The position numbers and the translations under genes were made by a program. This document shows, one piece after another, positions 62,681 to 64,000 of a stretch of DNA of 64,000 nt (its first letter is position 1; each line of letters opens with the position of its first letter). The DNA comes from Ekhidna sp. (lineage in GTDB: Bacteria; Bacteroidota; Bacteroidia; Cytophagales; Cyclobacteriaceae). The notes below the pieces were generated by a model. That model was not told where the DNA came from. It was given only the letters and a program-made list of their open reading frames with translations, and ran no database searches. The DNA is taken from positions 23,590 through 87,589 of the forward strand of contig JBGCFL010000026.1 in the NCBI GenBank assembly GCA_045106975.1, written 5' to 3'.

Positions 62681-64000
62681 ATGATTGTTGAGGAAGATTT
62701 AGAAGAAGAAAGAAAGGAGATAATAAGGAGGTATAGAAGACTCTTAAGAAAAGCTAGACCGGTGCTAAAGGATGGTGATGCTAAGTTGATAAAAAAAGCT
62801 TTTTATACATCTATGGAAGCGCATAGTGGGATGAGAAGAAAATCTGGTGAGCCTTATATATTTCATCCGTTAGAAGTAGCTGAAATTTGTGTTACCGAGA
62901 TTGGTCTTGGAACAACATCCATTGTTGCGGCACTATTACACGATGTTGTGGAAGATACCGAATATACTTTGGAGGATATTAATAGGATGTTTGGCAAAAA
63001 GGTTGAGACTATTATTGATGGTTTAACAAAAATTTCCGGGGTTTTTGATCATGGTAGTTCACAGCAGGCTGAAAATTTCAGGAAAATGCTATTGACACTA
63101 TCCGATGACGTAAGGGTCATTTTAATAAAATTAGCAGATAGATTGCATAATATGAGGACGTTGGAGAGCATGCCTCGAAATAAACAATTGAAAATTGCGA
63201 ATGAGACAATATACCTCTATGCTCCTTTAGCTCATCGTCTAGGTTTGTATTCATTTAAATCGGAAATGGAAGACCTATATCTCAAGTACAGTGAAGCCGA
63301 AACTTACAGAAGTATTAGTCAGAAGATAAATGCTACTAAAGATGCTAGAGGAAAATTCATAAGAAATTTCATAAAACCAATAAAGGAAAAACTTAATAAC
63401 CTTGGTGTGGACTATGAAATAAAGGGAAGACCAAAATCAATTTATTCTATTTGGAATAAAATGCAAAAGCAGGGGGTTCCTTTCGAGCAAGTCTATGATC
63501 TTTTTGCGATAAGAGTAATTTTGAATGTTCCAATGGAGTCTGAAAAGGCACTTTGTTGGCAAGCTTACTCTCTAGTTACAGATCATTATCAGCCAAATCC
63601 TGACAGGCTGAGAGACTGGGTTAGTTTGCCTAGAGCAAACGGGTATGAATCTCTTCATACAACAGTAATGAGCGATAAAGGGCAATGGGTTGAGGTTCAA
63701 ATAAGAACCAGACGGATGGATGAAATTGCCGAGAAGGGATATGCTGCTCATTGGAAGTACAAAGGCGGTAATTCTTCGGATGAATCTGGTCTAGAGATGT
63801 GGATAACAAAAGTGCGTGAAACACTTGAGCAAAATGACGGATCAGCCATTGAGTTTGTAGACGATTTTAGATCTACATTATATAGTAATGAAGTTTTTGT
63901 ATTTACCCCAAAGGGAGATTTGAAAACACTTCCTCAGGGCGCTACTGCTTTGGATTTTGCTTTTGATATTCATACGGAAGTCGGGGCACATTGTCTTGGA
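62681..64000 (+). CDS. bifunctional (p)ppGpp synthetase/hydrolase RelA/SpoT homolog (5' part; continues beyond the window)
   Basis: Not in the ORF track because no stop codon is reached. My translation from ATG 62681 is MIVEEDLEEERKEIIRRYRRLLRKA...SGEPYIFHPLEVAEI...LLHDVVEDT (HD domain), then the synthetase block (YQPNPDRLRDWVSLPRANGYESLHTTV). The frame is open through 64000. Confidence 0.9.
   Translation, partial: MIVEEDLEEERKEIIRRYRRLLRKARPVLKDGDAKLIKKAFYTSMEAHSGMRRKSGEPYIFHPLEVAEICVTEIGLGTTSIVAALLHDVVEDTEYTLEDINRMFGKKVETIIDGLTKISGVFDHGSSQQAENFRKMLLTLSDDVRVILIKLADRLHNMRTLESMPRNKQLKIANETIYLYAPLAHRLGLYSFKSEMEDLYLKYSEAETYRSISQKINATKDARGKFIRNFIKPIKEKLNNLGVDYEIKGRPKSIYSIWNKMQKQGVPFEQVYDLFAIRVILNVPMESEKALCWQAYSLVTDHYQPNPDRLRDWVSLPRANGYESLHTTVMSDKGQWVEVQIRTRRMDEIAEKGYAAHWKYKGGNSSDESGLEMWITKVRETLEQNDGSAIEFVDDFRSTLYSNEVFVFTPKGDLKTLPQGATALDFAFDIHTEVGAHCLG

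Noticed and set aside
1-64000. CRISPR arrays, rRNA genes, insertion sequences, prophage genes or known defence systems
   Set aside because: I scanned the intergenic regions and the ORF products. I found no repeat-spacer arrays, no cas-like, nuclease/helicase, restriction-modification, TIR, transposase or phage structural signatures.

Overview
This window is an AT-rich chromosomal segment with Bacteroidota hallmarks: a SusC/SusD pair, a TonB-dependent receptor followed by a DUF4249-type lipoprotein, TAnnTTTG -7 promoter boxes, and many 4-nt gene overlaps. I call about 60 protein genes, two tRNAs (Phe-GAA and Leu-TAG), five hairpin terminators and a few candidate operators. I found no rRNA, CRISPR array, transposase, integrase or recognisable defence genes. 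The stand-out region is the left ~14 kb (1-14117). It holds a complete 2-aminoethylphosphonate (AEP) core: a cytidylyltransferase-PEP mutase fusion, phosphonopyruvate decarboxylase and an AEP transaminase. To its left are lipid genes: FabZ-like dehydratase, KAS, ACP, CDP-alcohol phosphatidyltransferase, a two-HKD PLD protein, DUF3108, a PimA-like GT4 and a front-end-type desaturase. To its right are glycan-type phosphotransferases: a LicC-like nucleotidyltransferase, LicD, a Stealth protein and a SAM methyltransferase. I read this as a candidate phosphonolipid and/or phosphonoglycan island; that is inference, not proof. The rest is mostly housekeeping: ruvX, def, purM, an lptD-like gene, amidase, MlaD, acyl-CoA carboxyltransferase, folB, dtd, lepA, folD, queE, a queD-like gene, clpX, clpP, tig and a relA/spoT homolog that runs off the right edge. 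Interspersed are a TetR-hydrolase pair with a repeated operator-like motif, a PadR-FtsX pair with a 15-bp direct repeat, a membrane Fe-S/CCG oxidoreductase pair, two paralogous TPR/beta-propeller/OmpA lipoproteins, and two outer-membrane uptake loci with no visible enzymes. All product calls rest on motif recognition by eye, not on database searches.
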